DNA of 59,039 nt, filler included, from Jimgerdemannia flammicorona (taxonomy: Eukaryota), in the NCBI GenBank assembly GCA_003990765.1. It is 3 parts of 3 records of this genome, joined end to end, with 100 filler letters (N's around TTAATTAATTAA, not from the genome) between each part and the next. Parts side by side here need not be neighbours in the genome. Positions count along the whole stretch, not along the records: positions 39,429 to 59,039 come from RBNJ01001899.1; 2 more parts are not named here. One strand, 5' to 3'. Below are positions 39,429 to 52,046 of the stretch, piece by piece (positions within the stretch are counted from its first letter, which is position 1; each line of letters starts with the position of its first letter). A model generated the notes under the pieces. It made no database searches, was not told where the DNA came from, and saw only the letters and a program-made list of their open reading frames with translations. Position numbers and translations under genes: made by a program.

Positions 39429-42400
39429 AAAAAAAAAAGACATCATATACAAACCACCCAAGATAATATATAAATAGACTACTATAGAAAATTAAAAGAC
39501 ATTATATATGAACTACCTGAGACAATATATGAATAGACTACTATAGAGAATAAAAGATACTATCACCTGACTTTTGTTGATATACAAACTGTCACCTGTA
39601 CTCAATGAGCCTGAAAGCTATCCTATAATATATAATTTACCACCATCTGACTTTTGAAAGAAGCCATTATTAAAAATATAAAGTGTCATCATTTAACTTT
39701 TGATAACATATACACTACTATCTGAATTAATTATTTGAAAACTTTATTAGAATCTTGAAAATATTCTAACAACTACTTAGATACAATATTCTATATTGGG
39801 GAAATAAACATATAAACATTATAATATAGAAATTTGAATAGGTGTTTTTGTATCAAAAATAACCTATTTAGAGAGAAGATATAATCTATAATATAAAATA
39901 GAAATAGAAAATAGATATTTGATCATGGTATCTGAATACAATTTTCTGATTTATTATAGTATAGAAATTATCTTTACTATAGATACTTTATCTAAAATAT
40001 TATCAGTAAAACTGTTATTACTTTTCATGAACTTCAGATAGGATTTTTATATAAGATTCTATCTGAGATATAGATGGAATTCTACTTGGAATTTCACATA
40101 AAATAACTTATTACTTAGTCTTATATTTAGTAGCAGAATTAGTATACAAATCTATATAAATAACTCAGTATTTTAGAGTAAATAAATAAGAGTTAGTTTA
40201 GATCAGTTACATACTCTTCTCTTCTCCTTTATATAAAATCCAGAATCCTACCAACTTACTAAGATCTATATCTATTACATTATAATAGTTTTATTATAAA
40301 TTAGTTCTTTACTTTAAACTATTTTAATCTAAAATTTATTTAGAATTATTTAAATAGATTTACTAATATATATAGTAACTAAGTTATACATAAGTTATTT
40401 TATAACTATAAAATTTCTAATATTTATAAGATAGAGTAACTGCTAACTATACTATACTAAGTTTGAAAATTAGATTTAAATACTATAATTAAATATATAT
40501 TTTCTAATTATTTCTAATTTATATTATAAGAAATTCAAATTAAGAGATTTAAATTAAGAAACTCAAATTAAGAAATTCAAATTAATTAAATTATACTTAA
40601 ATTAATTCAAATTAAACTATTATATAAAATTTTTTATCAAATATTAATTTAAATTTATTTATTTAGAATATTAATAATAATAAATTTTTAAAAATATTCT
40701 ATATATTATAATGTAGTAAAGACCTAATCTTAGAAGTATGGTGGATTTCTGTATCTTGAAACTTGATCTTATTCTAACTCTCATAGAGTCTTTAGAGTAT
40801 AGGTCAATATTTTGCCATAATGACAATCTACACTATAAAAGCATAGTAACAGCTATACTATATTTATATAATATTAACTATACTATATCCATATGATGTC
40901 AAACTGCATAACAAAGAAAGATATACCAATAACCTTATTGCCAACCTATAAGTAACTATATAATAACTCCGAAATCTGAGAAAATATGAAATAAATGATC
41001 ATTGTTTTATATTTGAGTGAAATATATAATATAAAACAAAAAACTGGCCTAGCTACTAAGTGTATATATATGTAAGAAGAGGTGAGTAGTAATGAAAAAT
41101 ATATATAAATATATAGAAGTATAGAATATAAGTATAATATATATACAAATATATGGAAGTACAGAATATAGATATAAAGTATATATAAAGTATTGAGTGA
41201 AATAAATAATAGATTATATATATATATAATTAATATGTATACTATACTAATATTATAAAAGGAAACTTATACATAATTTATATATACTTTAAACAGAAAC
41301 ATTGTTGTGAAAATATTTTTTGAGTACTAGGTACCCAAGACATTTCTACATTTATTGACTTATAGTCTCAAACAAGTCTACTCATAGTATAAGTTCAAAC
41401 TATATCTGTTTATAGGCTTACTAGTTCTCTCACTTTCTCTTTGCTTTGAACTATTTCAATTTGAGATTTATTTACTTTAGATACTAGAGATATTTATATA
41501 AGTTTGCTAACTATAGAATAGCTAAGTTATAACTATATTTTCTATAAGTTACTTTTTACAAGTATCAAATCTTTTAACATCTATTAGGATTTTGACAATT
41601 ATAATATCTATAGAATTTTAAAGTTTTTATATTTATAAAATATAACTGCTATTTATAAGACTAAGCTATATTTAGATACTAGATTCAGATACTATAATTA
41701 AATATCTATTCTTTTAATTTATGTTACTAATTTAGATTAATTATTACAATATTATCTTATATAAAATTAAATTTAAAAATAAAAAATAAAATAAAAATAA
41801 TTTTATATATTATAAATAAATAAACTAAATTGAAAAAAAAAATTAAAATAAATTACTTTAGGTTAGATTTAGAGTTATAGTTCAGTTAAATATTAGGGTT
41901 AGGTTCAGGTTATATTTAGGTTTAGGGTTAGGTTTAAATTAGAGTTAGGGTTAGAGTTAGGTTTAGGTTTAGGGTTTTTTAATTTAGAAATACTTATTAT
42001 TAATATTTTAAGTTTAGAGTAAGAGTTTTATAAAAAGATTCTTATATAATAAATATTTTAGATTAATATTAATTAATTTAATTTGAAATTATATAAGAGT
42101 CAAACTTTGAAATATAATAACTTAACCAAAATATATAAATTTGATAATCTTTATTATATTAGATTCTTTTAGATAAAAATAAATCAAAAAAGCTAAATTT
42201 TGTCAAATTTAGACATATTTTTATCTAGTTATTGAATTTTAAAATTAAGATTCAAATTGAATTAACTATTAACTTAATTTGATTATTTTTTGAATAAAAT
42301 TAAATTAGAGTCAATTTAATTCATTTTAAGTACTAGTTAAATTTTATTATTATATTAATATAATAAGTTTAAAATTAAATTATATAATTAAATTTAATAT

Positions 42401-42770
42401 ATTGATATATATATTTATTTAATATAATATAATATAATATAATTAATTATTATAACTTAGATAAATTAAATTTTAAAATTTTAATATTATAAAAATATAT
42501 TAAAATAAAATAAAAAAATATTATTTTTTAAATAAATTGAGATATATTTCTAACTTTAAAAAAAGGAATTTATCTACTAAAGAAGACTTATATTTTAAAA
42601 GATATATAATATATACTTATACAATATATAAATCTTTGCCTAATTTTACATCCTATATAATATTTACAAAAAAAAAAAAAAAAAAAAATATAATATTTAC
42701 ATATTTTGAAAATTCATATATACAAATATATAATAACAAAGTATTTACTATAATATATTAACTTTAGACA
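39429..42770. repeat. Extremely AT-rich decayed repeat block
   Basis: Almost no CpG and no credible ORF. Internal similarity between ~40300-40520, ~41440-41710 and ~32350-32400. Confidence 0.6.
41857..41975 (+). repeat. Degenerate telomere-like (TTAGGG/TTTAGG) tract
   Basis: ttagggttaggttcaggtt...tttagggttaggttt...gttagggttagagttaggtttaggtttaggg. Confidence 0.6.
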
Positions 42771-42932
42771 GTAAAGACTCTAATTGTTCTTAGTTCTGCA
42801 TTCCCGTAAAAGTGACATAAGATTATCCAAATGGACGTCATAGACATAAAGGCATAGAAGTTCCAAGCATATTGATCACAAAGCATAAGGTCAAACAGTA
42901 TGAAAATAAACACCGGTATAGCCTTCAAACGT

Positions 42933-43445
42933 CTATTGAAACTCTTGAAATTGTAGCTGAAATCGTATCAAGCGCATTTCTGGATCTTTGGAAGCCCAAT
43001 AGACAGAAGGACGTGTCTTTGTAATGACATGGTCCACACTGAACTGGCCCCTATTCACTTTTATCTCGAGCTCTACTTTGAATCTGTTGAACTCCTCCGA
43101 GTTGATTTTTCGTCCTTCGAGGAAGTCCCAGAAGATTGTCCAGTCGAGATGCTCGCAGGCGCTGCGGTCCTCGGATTTGAGCTTTTTGAACATCTCCTTG
43201 TTCCTCTTACTGTCGGCGGGGCCCTTTGCGGTCACCGCTACTAGTTTGCCCGGGTTGGAATTCGGGAATCGGAAATCAATCACCAAGAAGCGGCTCCAGC
43301 GCTTTCGGTTCTTTGCTAGGACGCGGTCGTGGGTTATCTGGATGATGCGGACTATGTATACACCATACTCTGCCATCGGGCTACAGAAGTATACTTCATC
43401 TTCAAGTGTTTCCGGGAGACGTCGGCACGAGTTTGTGTTGCCCAT
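42933..43445 (-). CDS. Small intronless hypothetical protein, paralog 1 (170 aa, MGNTNSC myristoylation motif)
   Basis: Intact ORF with clear end-to-end similarity to 49271-49801 and 52047-52481 (YGV..RxIQ, PGKLVA, DW.(I/F)FWDF.E, VNRG..SVD, E(M/I)RL.R). Confidence 0.85.
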   Translation of the reverse strand: MGNTNSCRRLPETLEDEVYFCSPMAEYGVYIVRIIQITHDRVLAKNRKRWSRFLVIDFRFPNSNPGKLVAVTAKGPADSKRNKEMFKKLKSEDRSACEHLDWTIFWDFLEGRKINSEEFNRFKVELEIKVNRGQFSVDHVITKTRPSVYWASKDPEMRLIRFQLQFQEFQ

Positions 43446-44449
43446 GGTTACAGGTAATTGCGTTGAATATGAATGACATGAGAAAAGCGTGACTTATTTT
43501 GGATAGTGGCTTGACATAGGCACCCCTGTCAAACTTGAAAGTGAACTTGTCGTATTTTGTGATAACGCTTTGATAACGGTGGGTATTCTTGATAATTCGC
43601 CGAGATTCAAACCTTCTTGCTTGAAAAATTCTGATAAGGTGATTACTGCCTTCTATTCCACGAGCCCTTCTATTTACACATTCCTCTTGTCAACTAATCC
43701 GCCACGTAGGCGTAGAGGGTGATGGAATGCGCGAAGATGATGAATAATTATAACGTTTTCTCGCCCGTCATTTGGCTTACTGTTGTCTCCGCGAAGGATC
43801 CACAACCGCCTTTATTAGCAAGCCATACTTCACCAAAAGCCGCATTTCGACATCCTAAACCGCTCCTTGCAAGTTGCCAAGATCCCATGCTTCGCTTGGT
43901 GAACTCACTTCTTCTCCCCACCTGATGCTGCTCTTTCTCTCTGCCAGTTGCCGACGCCTCACCTTGCCTGATTCATTGACCTCACTTTGTTTGCTGAAGC
44001 TCTGCTTTACCAAATGAGCAAGCTCCCTCTCCCTGGGAGCATTGCAAATATTAATACGTATATATATGTGTGCCCCGCGATATACGCACGGGCGGGACGA
44101 AGAGATATTGTGCTCAGTATCCTGTCAGTGCGGTGGTGTATAACCTCAGTAAGGATCTCCCTGCATATGGTGTTTCATTTTTCCTGCTCCTGTGAATGTC
44201 TACTCCAGTGGATATACATACTTTTATGCTAACCCATATCGGCTGCGGCTCTCCTCCTCTGCCCGATTTTAAGTCCCTATTCACCAAATTCTCCAATAGG
44301 TGAACTTTGCCAGCACTGCTTCTCAAAGAGTCCCATGTCATCCAAAGTTATATTTTACTTAATTTTTATTTTAATATTGACATTTACATATATTTGCTTG
44401 TACTACAAACTAATGGGAATTTGCCTATAAATAGTAACACACAAGGAAT

Positions 44450-47400
44450 ACGGTCTTTCACTACAGATTAGTTTAAGCTCTTGATCGAAGAGACCATTTT
44501 CAAATCTACTATAACTCTTTGCTCTGTTTCAGAGACTCGAATATGATACCAATTGCCTCGTTTAATTGACAATGTATAAAGCAAGAGCGAATACATTCAT
44601 TTCACGAACTTCATTTCATCACGTAGCTGCACACAATGCTTGATACAGTTCTGACATACCGTGGAGATTCAACTCAGTCAAGGTCGTGTTCTGCTTCAGT
44701 GGCATGGCTAGGGCGCGTGCCCCCTCGTCCCTAATACTATTCCTTTTAAACTGAGCATATGACGAACAAACTGTGAGCTTCATTCCATCACCATGTTGCA
44801 GATAATGCTTCACACAGTTCTGACATCCCTCCGAGATTCAGTTTGGTCAAGGTCGTGTTCTGGTTCAGAGACTCGCCTATGGCGCACGCCCCCTCGTCGC
44901 CAATGCTATTATCTTTAAAATGAACAGGGGGGAGTGAACACGTACAATCGTGAGCTTCACTCCATCACGCAGCTGCACAAAATGCTTCACACGTTTTGAC
45001 ATACCGTGGAGATTGAGGTCATGTTCTGCTTCAGAGACTCGGCTAGGGCGGATGCCCCCTCATGGCCAATGTTATTAACTTTAAAATGAACAGGGGACGA
45101 GCGAACACGCACAGATCTTGAGCTTCATTGGATCACGAAGCTGCACACCATACTTCACACAGTTCTGACATACCTCCGAGATTCAGCTCGGTCAAAGTCG
45201 TGATCTACTTCATAGACTTGGCTAGGGCGCGTGCCGTGGCCAATGGTATTATCTTCCAAATGAACAGGGATGAGCGAAGATGCACAGATCTTGAGCTTCA
45301 TTCCATCACATAGCTGCCCACAATGCTTCACGTAGTTCTGACATACTGTAGATATTGAGCTCGGTCAAGGTCGTGTTCTGTTCAGTGACTCGGCTAGGGC
45401 GCGCACCCCCTCGTCGCCAATGCTATTCCCTTAAATGAACAAGGGGTGGGTAACCGATGCCGCGGATATTGCCAGGGAACGAGACGCTTAATTGACTTAA
45501 TCATGGCTACAAAAGCAGCGGAAACAGCAATTGCCAGTGAGCTTCATTCCATCACGCAGCTGCACACAACACTTTACACAGATGTGATATATCTTCGATA
45601 TTCAGTTCGGTCAAGGTCGTGTCATGTTTCAGAGACACGGCGAGGGCGCGTACCCCTCGTCGCCAATGCTATTCGCTATAAAATGAACAGGGGATGAGCT
45701 AACACGCACAGATCGTGATAGTTCTGACATACCCTCGAGATTCAGCTCGGTCAAGGTTATGTTCTGCTTCAGAGACTCGGCTAGGGTGCGTTATCCCTCA
45801 TCGCCAATGCTCTCGTTTTCAAAACGAAAAGGGGCGAGCAAACACTTGCATATCGTAAGATTCATTCCATCACGCAGCTGCACACAATACCTCACACAAT
45901 TCAGACATACTTCCAGGATTCAGTTCGGTTAAGGTCGTGTTCTGTTTCGGAGACTCGGCTAGGGCGCATGCCCCCTCGAGCCAATGCTGTTTTCTGAAGA
46001 TAATCAGAGAGTGAGAAAACACATAGAGACGTTGAGCTCCGTTCCATCATATAGCTCAAAGCAATGATTAACACAGTACTGACATACCTTGAAATTAAGT
46101 GTGGTAAAAATTGTGTTCTGCTTTAGAAACTCTGCCAAGGCGCGGGAACAGAATGCCGATTCCGTTTCCTAAATATGGTGAGGATGTGAGCGCCCGGATT
46201 ACTACCTGCGCCTATCGCACAGCTACAAAACCAATAATTTAGATGATTCTGATATACTGCTGAGATCGAGCCTGGTCACGCCCGTGTCCTGCCCTAAAAA
46301 TTACATCAGAGTGCGCGTTGTCCTGTCGCTCGTATATATTCCTGAATATAAACAGGGATTAGTAAATATACATGGAGTGTGAATTTTATTTTCTATAAAC
46401 AATAGTTCTGTTCAGGCATATCGGAGATGTTTAGCTCATACAAGATCGTTCATGCTTCAGAAGCTCTACTAGGCTACCGGCCCCCTCGTCGCCAGTTTTG
46501 CTTTCTATAAATGAATGGAGGTAGAGCAAATACAGACAGATCATGAGTTTGAATATATAAATAGTAGCAAACAATGTTTTATGTGTTATAACATACTTGT
46601 TGTGATCTGGCTTGCTCCAATACTCTTCACTAATTACAAATCTGGTATTATTATACATAAACCAACAGTTATATATCCCACGTTAACAATGTGAATCTCC
46701 CCCGCTACACAATCTCAACTTCTCCCATCTGAGATGGCATTCAAGAATCAAACCAGGGCTCAAATAATCACCACATCAAGCTCTATACCTTTATTCATAG
46801 ATTGTTCGCTCAGTTCCTTGGTAGAAGAGGGTACCACTTTAATCGTCACCACCATATAAGCCGGTTCCATCACCCGCCAACGTTACCTTCGAAGCTACCA
46901 TAACCTGATCAATGCCACATAAGTCATTAACACAAAAACCTGCCGATTAGCAATCACAAATTTCGTAATATCATACACAAGGATAACTGTATAGCCTATG
47001 ATGCTACCTACTTCGACTTGGGTGACGACAGGCATCGATCGTGAGTGCTCTTTTGAACTGTGAATGTGGGTAAAATTTATTCCTAGTGTTTTACGTGCTT
47101 CCTCAATCCATGAATTCGAAGACATTGCTGCTGTTTTCAAATTACAGATGGTTGACTCGTCTCGCCTGGATGAACGATTGCATCTCTAGTGAAAACTGCA
47201 TAGGTGTATGTGCAAGCCCTCCTAAAAATTTGCTTTTTATATCTGGTTGCAAGACGAAGGAAAGGCCGACTAAAACAACTGCGCATTCTAACAATCGATG
47301 GTGGAATTCGAGAGCACTAGGTCGTTGGTTGGGGTTGATATGCCAACAGTTTCGAACGATGTCATTGAACGATGTTGGTGCACCAGGGATCAACTCCCCT

Positions 47401-49100
47401 CGAAGACCATCAGGATTTCTGGCAACGGCCACCGATGCATCAGCTTGTGGTGGAATGCCGACGATCAACTGCCACAACAGGGTTCCCAAGCATTAGGCAT
47501 CTGACTTCTGAGTATAATATTCTCTCTTAAAGATCTCTGGAGAGAAATATTACATTCGACCGTAGACACCTTTCTCGGAATTTGCATCTTCTACAGCTTG
47601 ACTAAGGCTGACATCGATCAGGATTGCGGTAATGAGACTTGTAGAGTACTCGTTCCCCGGGTGGGGATACTTATGGTTGAATCCCATATTATGGAGACTG
47701 GCTAAGTGGCTGGAAAGTTTTATGGCATATGTGAAAAGTGTATTTCAGTCACTATCTTGTTCGCAAGGCTGCATAATCGTCAGATATTCTTCGGTTTCAG
47801 GGTGTCGTGATACAGCGACAATATTCATTGTAGGAGCACCGTTGGTGTTTTTTCAGGAGCGACTCGAATAGTAATTCAGCATTAACTGTATTGGTGGTAT
47901 AAAAATATAGCTTCAACCGAAACTCACCTCTTCAACCATCGACAATTTCAATTCTTTGGCAGCCACCTTGTACCATGCTGACTTGACATAAAATTCTGTC
48001 TGGTAAACTGTGGCAAACCCGCCTTCGACAACTTTTGTTAATAGTTTGAATTCAAACGGAATCCAAACAAGGTATGGCTCCAGCTACGTCCTCAAACGTA
48101 TCAAGACCCACCCCCCCCCCCCCCTCCCCCCCTCTCCCCCCTTCGCCATCTACTCCCCGTTCTCTTCATGCCTCGGCCACAGCTATGTTCCTATGCCCCA
48201 ATCCGTCACCGTTACAAACCCGCGTCGTATGACCCGCTCGCCGCGTCGCAACCTGCCTATCTCTTGGGCACCTTGTAATGCCGACCGCGGACGCAGAGCC
48301 AATTCCATTGCCATGAAAGGAGATCGCTCATTTACTAACGGGTATCGTATCAGCTGGGAATCGGCAGAAATTCTATTAGTGTAATTAAAGGGTCTTGGAA
48401 GACCCTGCGAGGCACTCCTTCTCGTTTCCTGTTCTTGACTTCCAGCACCATCAACCTCGAAATCACTCTCGAGCTCGACAATGACTTGGACTCCACGTAC
48501 CCCGCCCCCTCGCACGACTCTGACTCCGACCACACCACAACCCTCTCCCTCCCCGCCCGGCCAATATCCAAACAACCTTTGGAATCACAACTAGCAAAAA
48601 AAAGGGGGGGAGTTTTATTATAAAGGCCCGTACTTTGACCGGTTGGTAGTCTTTGTCATATGTTTAGATTTGAAGTGGCCACTTTTAAAATCTTACTTTC
48701 TTCCCTAGGTAAGATTCCACGGGATTTTATATTTAAATTTTCCATAGAGCTTTCGGAACACGTGAGCGTTAATTTCGGGCGTGCCCGAAATTCCGCACGA
48801 TCAACTTGATGCGGCTGAATGAACTCCACCAGAGGTAACATTTTAAGTGTCGCCTCCCATATGCTATATTTCCATTGAGCGTGGTAAGGGTCGCCATAGC
48901 AGAAGGCTGATTCATGAATAGCATGCATGAACTCACAATCCTTTTCGTTGATTTACTTTCTCTTGGAAGTTGCCCACTACCTTGCGGCAATAACGAAGCA
49001 CTTTTCGAAATATTTGTTGTTGGAACGTGAGTAATAAACGTTCTATAACGCCGCCACCACGAGTCAGTCCACGAATGGGGTATCTACCCGTAATGAAAGT
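44450..49100 (-). pseudogene. Protein kinase (TKL-like) followed by an RI-type LRR array; pseudogene, ends approximate
   Basis: Kinase 47150-48080: LVWIPFE..VEGGFATVY..VAAKEL, LIDVSLS, YFSPE, KSDA*CLG.LLWQL, CW..NPNQRPSA, with stops and frameshifts. Downstream on the same strand lie LRR exons NSIGDEGARALAESLKQNTTLTELNL. Confidence 0.8.
44560..46520 (-). repeat. Tandem array of ~11 exon+intron units (~170-180 bp), each exon one 28-aa LRR
   Basis: Repeated donor gtatgtcagaact and repeated intron body. Exons at about 44660, 44829, 45005, 45174, 45346, 45593, 45732, 45911, 46088, 46257 and 46430. Confidence 0.88.
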
Positions 49101-49270
49101 GGCAACAATATTCGTTGTGCATCTATTTTATGTGATTGGAGAGGCAGAATTGCCACGAGCTTCGGCAAATGAACTGACTCAATTCCGTTCTGGAAGAAAC
49201 TATATAAACCCTCTAATATTGCAGCTATTAACCCACAACCCACTAAACTACCTTGCAACGCAAGTCAAAA

Positions 49271-49801
49271 ATGGGCAACGCATTCTCGCGCCGACATGCC
49301 CTTAAACGCCTGTCCCCTGAACCTCCCAAAGGTGAACTATCTCGCTGCAATCCTGTAATGGATGCCTATGGTGTGTTCGTAGCGCGCTTCATCCAAATGA
49401 TCCACGACCAGGTCCTTATGAAGAACCGAAATCACTGGAGAGGCTTCGTTGTGCTTGACTTGCGATTCTCAAAATCAGAACCAGGAAAACTTGTGGCAGC
49501 TACGGCAAAGAACCCCGCGGACAGCAAGAGTCTCAAGGAGATGTTACAAAAATTCAAATCCGCGGAGCGCAGTGCATGCGACCGTCTGGATTGGGCAATT
49601 TTCTGGGACTTCATCGAAGAACGGTTTAAGGACGTGGAGGAGTTCGAAAGATTCAAGTTGACACTTGTGACAAAGGTGAACAGGGGCCGTATTAGTGTGG
49701 ATCACATTATTACCAAGGCAAATCCCTCAATATATTGGCCTTCGAAAGATCCTGAAATGCGATTGCTACGTATTCAACTCCAATTTCACGATTTCCAATA
49801 G
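49271..49801 (+). CDS. Small intronless hypothetical protein, paralog 2 (176 aa, MGNAFS motif)
   Basis: Intact ORF from aaaaATGGGC, with tatataaa upstream (~49201). Homologous to paralogs 1 and 3. Confidence 0.85.
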   Translation: MGNAFSRRHALKRLSPEPPKGELSRCNPVMDAYGVFVARFIQMIHDQVLMKNRNHWRGFVVLDLRFSKSEPGKLVAATAKNPADSKSLKEMLQKFKSAERSACDRLDWAIFWDFIEERFKDVEEFERFKLTLVTKVNRGRISVDHIITKANPSIYWPSKDPEMRLLRIQLQFHDFQ

Positions 49802-51639
49802 ATGATTTGTAGATTCTATCATTATATAGTTAGATATTATGTCTTAAAGCCACATTATGCCTTATTGTCATATTATGCCTTATTATTACATTAAACCTTA
49901 TGATCACATTTTGTCTTATGATCATGCTATTTAGAACTTCTATGTCTCTATGAATTATGTATTCTTTTAAACTATGCATCATTTTAAGATAGAACTTATA
50001 GCCTGAATGTCAACATATTATATTGTAAACTTACATTTAGAGAGATTTTTTCTTCATAAAACAGTTCAAGCAGATGCCAAATTTTGTCTACACTTTTTCA
50101 TACCCTCCGAACGAGAAAAACTTCGGTACTGTGATGTCATCAACGATACTGTGATGTCAAACTGAGCATGTGATGTGCGCGCTGCGTCACCGGGATGTTC
50201 CAATGGGAACTCGTCCCATCTCTTCTGGCCTTTCAGAGCAATATTTCTTATTTCTGACGAAGGCAGGCAGAACCATAGAATTTTTATGAAATGAAGTTTT
50301 TTTGTTTAGGTATTACGGCTACCGGATAATTCAGATCTGTTGGTTCAGAAAAGGAGATATGTTGAAATGCAGACAGCCTATGCAACCTAAATATGTATAC
50401 GCGCAGATATTGAGTATAACGTGGTCACACATCACATGTGCCACACAGTCACATGTGCTACACATCTCTTTGGTGTGTCCACGCGGCTGCCATGTTTGTG
50501 ATTCGATTGATGGATTAAGCCATGCTATAATGGCCCTGAGTAAATGGCATTGATGTTATGACGCACTTCCTCCGTCTAGTCATGATCGGCGTTTTAGTCG
50601 TCATTCATCGCTGTTTCGGTTTGTCGTCGTTCACCGTTGTTCTACACTTAGTCCTCGTTCATCGCCATTCTTCACTTAGTTGTCCGGCATCCGTCATCAT
50701 CGTTCTGTGCTTGGTAGTCGTCCTGTGCTTAGTCATCATTCATCGTTCTGCTGGTGTTACCAGATGTCAGGATTGTATTTATTGGCATCTACAATCTAAA
50801 GGTATGAAAATAAATAATGATGGCCTATTATATGACGGATGACGGATAAGCACAGAACGGTAACAACAATTAAGCGCAGAACAGCGATGAACGATATCGA
50901 CATATCATACCGTGTCCTCGCGTTCCATCCAACCCACTCCACTGCTTCAAAGTAAACATCATCTCTTTCCCATCGACCCAACCAAAGCCTCGATACTTAC
51001 CGCGAAAACTAAGCACGCCTTCTGCCAATCCCCTCCCAGACGACAAAGTGTAGACGGTGATAGTGCTCTGCATAGAGGTTAATCTAGAAGACAAACCACT
51101 GCGAGGTACTCAAGAAGCGATTTTAGCGGTTGTCAGTAGAGGGTCTCATTGGAGGGGTGGGAGTTTCGTTGGTGGGCTTCTCGTCTGTGTGAATCATGGC
51201 GGCAGGCAATACAAATAAATCTTTAAGGGAGGTTTCGTCTGTGGGAATCTCTTTGAAGGTATCTCGGCGGAGGGGTCTTGATAGTTGGAATGTCGCTGGG
51301 GTGTTTATGGAGTTGCGTGTGAACATAATAGGGCTATAACATCGACCCACGAGTACCTGCGGCTGACGCGACACCTGCGGAGTGCGTTCACCTCGGCAGA
51401 GACAATATTAGTGATACGCCAAAAATAGTTCTTTTGCAATCGTCTTGATCACCTGGTAACCTCGTGATTGGTGGTACAGAGTGAGTTTGTTTTTTGACAG
51501 CGGGAGGGTTATAAGCTTGAAATAAGGTAGCAATAAGCCTGCCTGCCTTTCTCGCGCATCATATTACTCTGCTTACACTTTTACACTTTACACTTTCCAG
51601 ACTGTGTCGGCATCTTTTTTTTCTTCGGGTGCCTCCTTG

Positions 51640-51900
51640 TCCCCTCATCTCACCTCCTTACCTCCTGTCTCATCTCCTCACCTCCTCACCTCCTCGCCTC
51701 CTCATCCCTTCACCTCCTCACCTCCCCTCATCTCCTCACCTCCTCACCTCCTCGCCTCCTCACCTCCTCGCCTCCTCGCCTCGCCTCCTCGCCTCCTCGC
51801 GCCTCTTCACCTCCACCTCCTCGCCTCCACCTCCTCACCTCCTCCTCGCCTCCATCTCCTCGCCTCCACCTCCTCGCGTTCACCTCCCGGCCTCCCCAGA
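51640..51900. repeat. Pyrimidine-rich low-complexity repeat (cctcctca/cctcctcg)n
   Basis: Directly visible imperfect tandem repeat. Confidence 0.9.
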
Positions 51901-52046
51901 GTATGACGTCGTTATTGAGGTTCCTTCTGACCTCCCACCAATAGCGTCCAGGCGTCCAGTCGTCCAGCCCAGAATTACTCGGTAGTCTATCATCCAGTTC
52001 GCTTATCCCTCATCCCAACCCCATCTCGTCGTTTCAGCAATCCAAC

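Noticed and set aside
43719..44341. Possible extra exons between the LRR array and paralog 1 (fusion)
   Set aside because: No consistent splice path or recognisable domain found by eye.
44560..46520. Regularly spaced repeats as CRISPR-like or DGR repeats
   Set aside because: Units are LRR exons plus introns with splice signals, and there is no associated RT or spacer structure.
51604..51985. Ser/Pro/Leu-rich ORFs
   Set aside because: Translation of a low-complexity CCT repeat.
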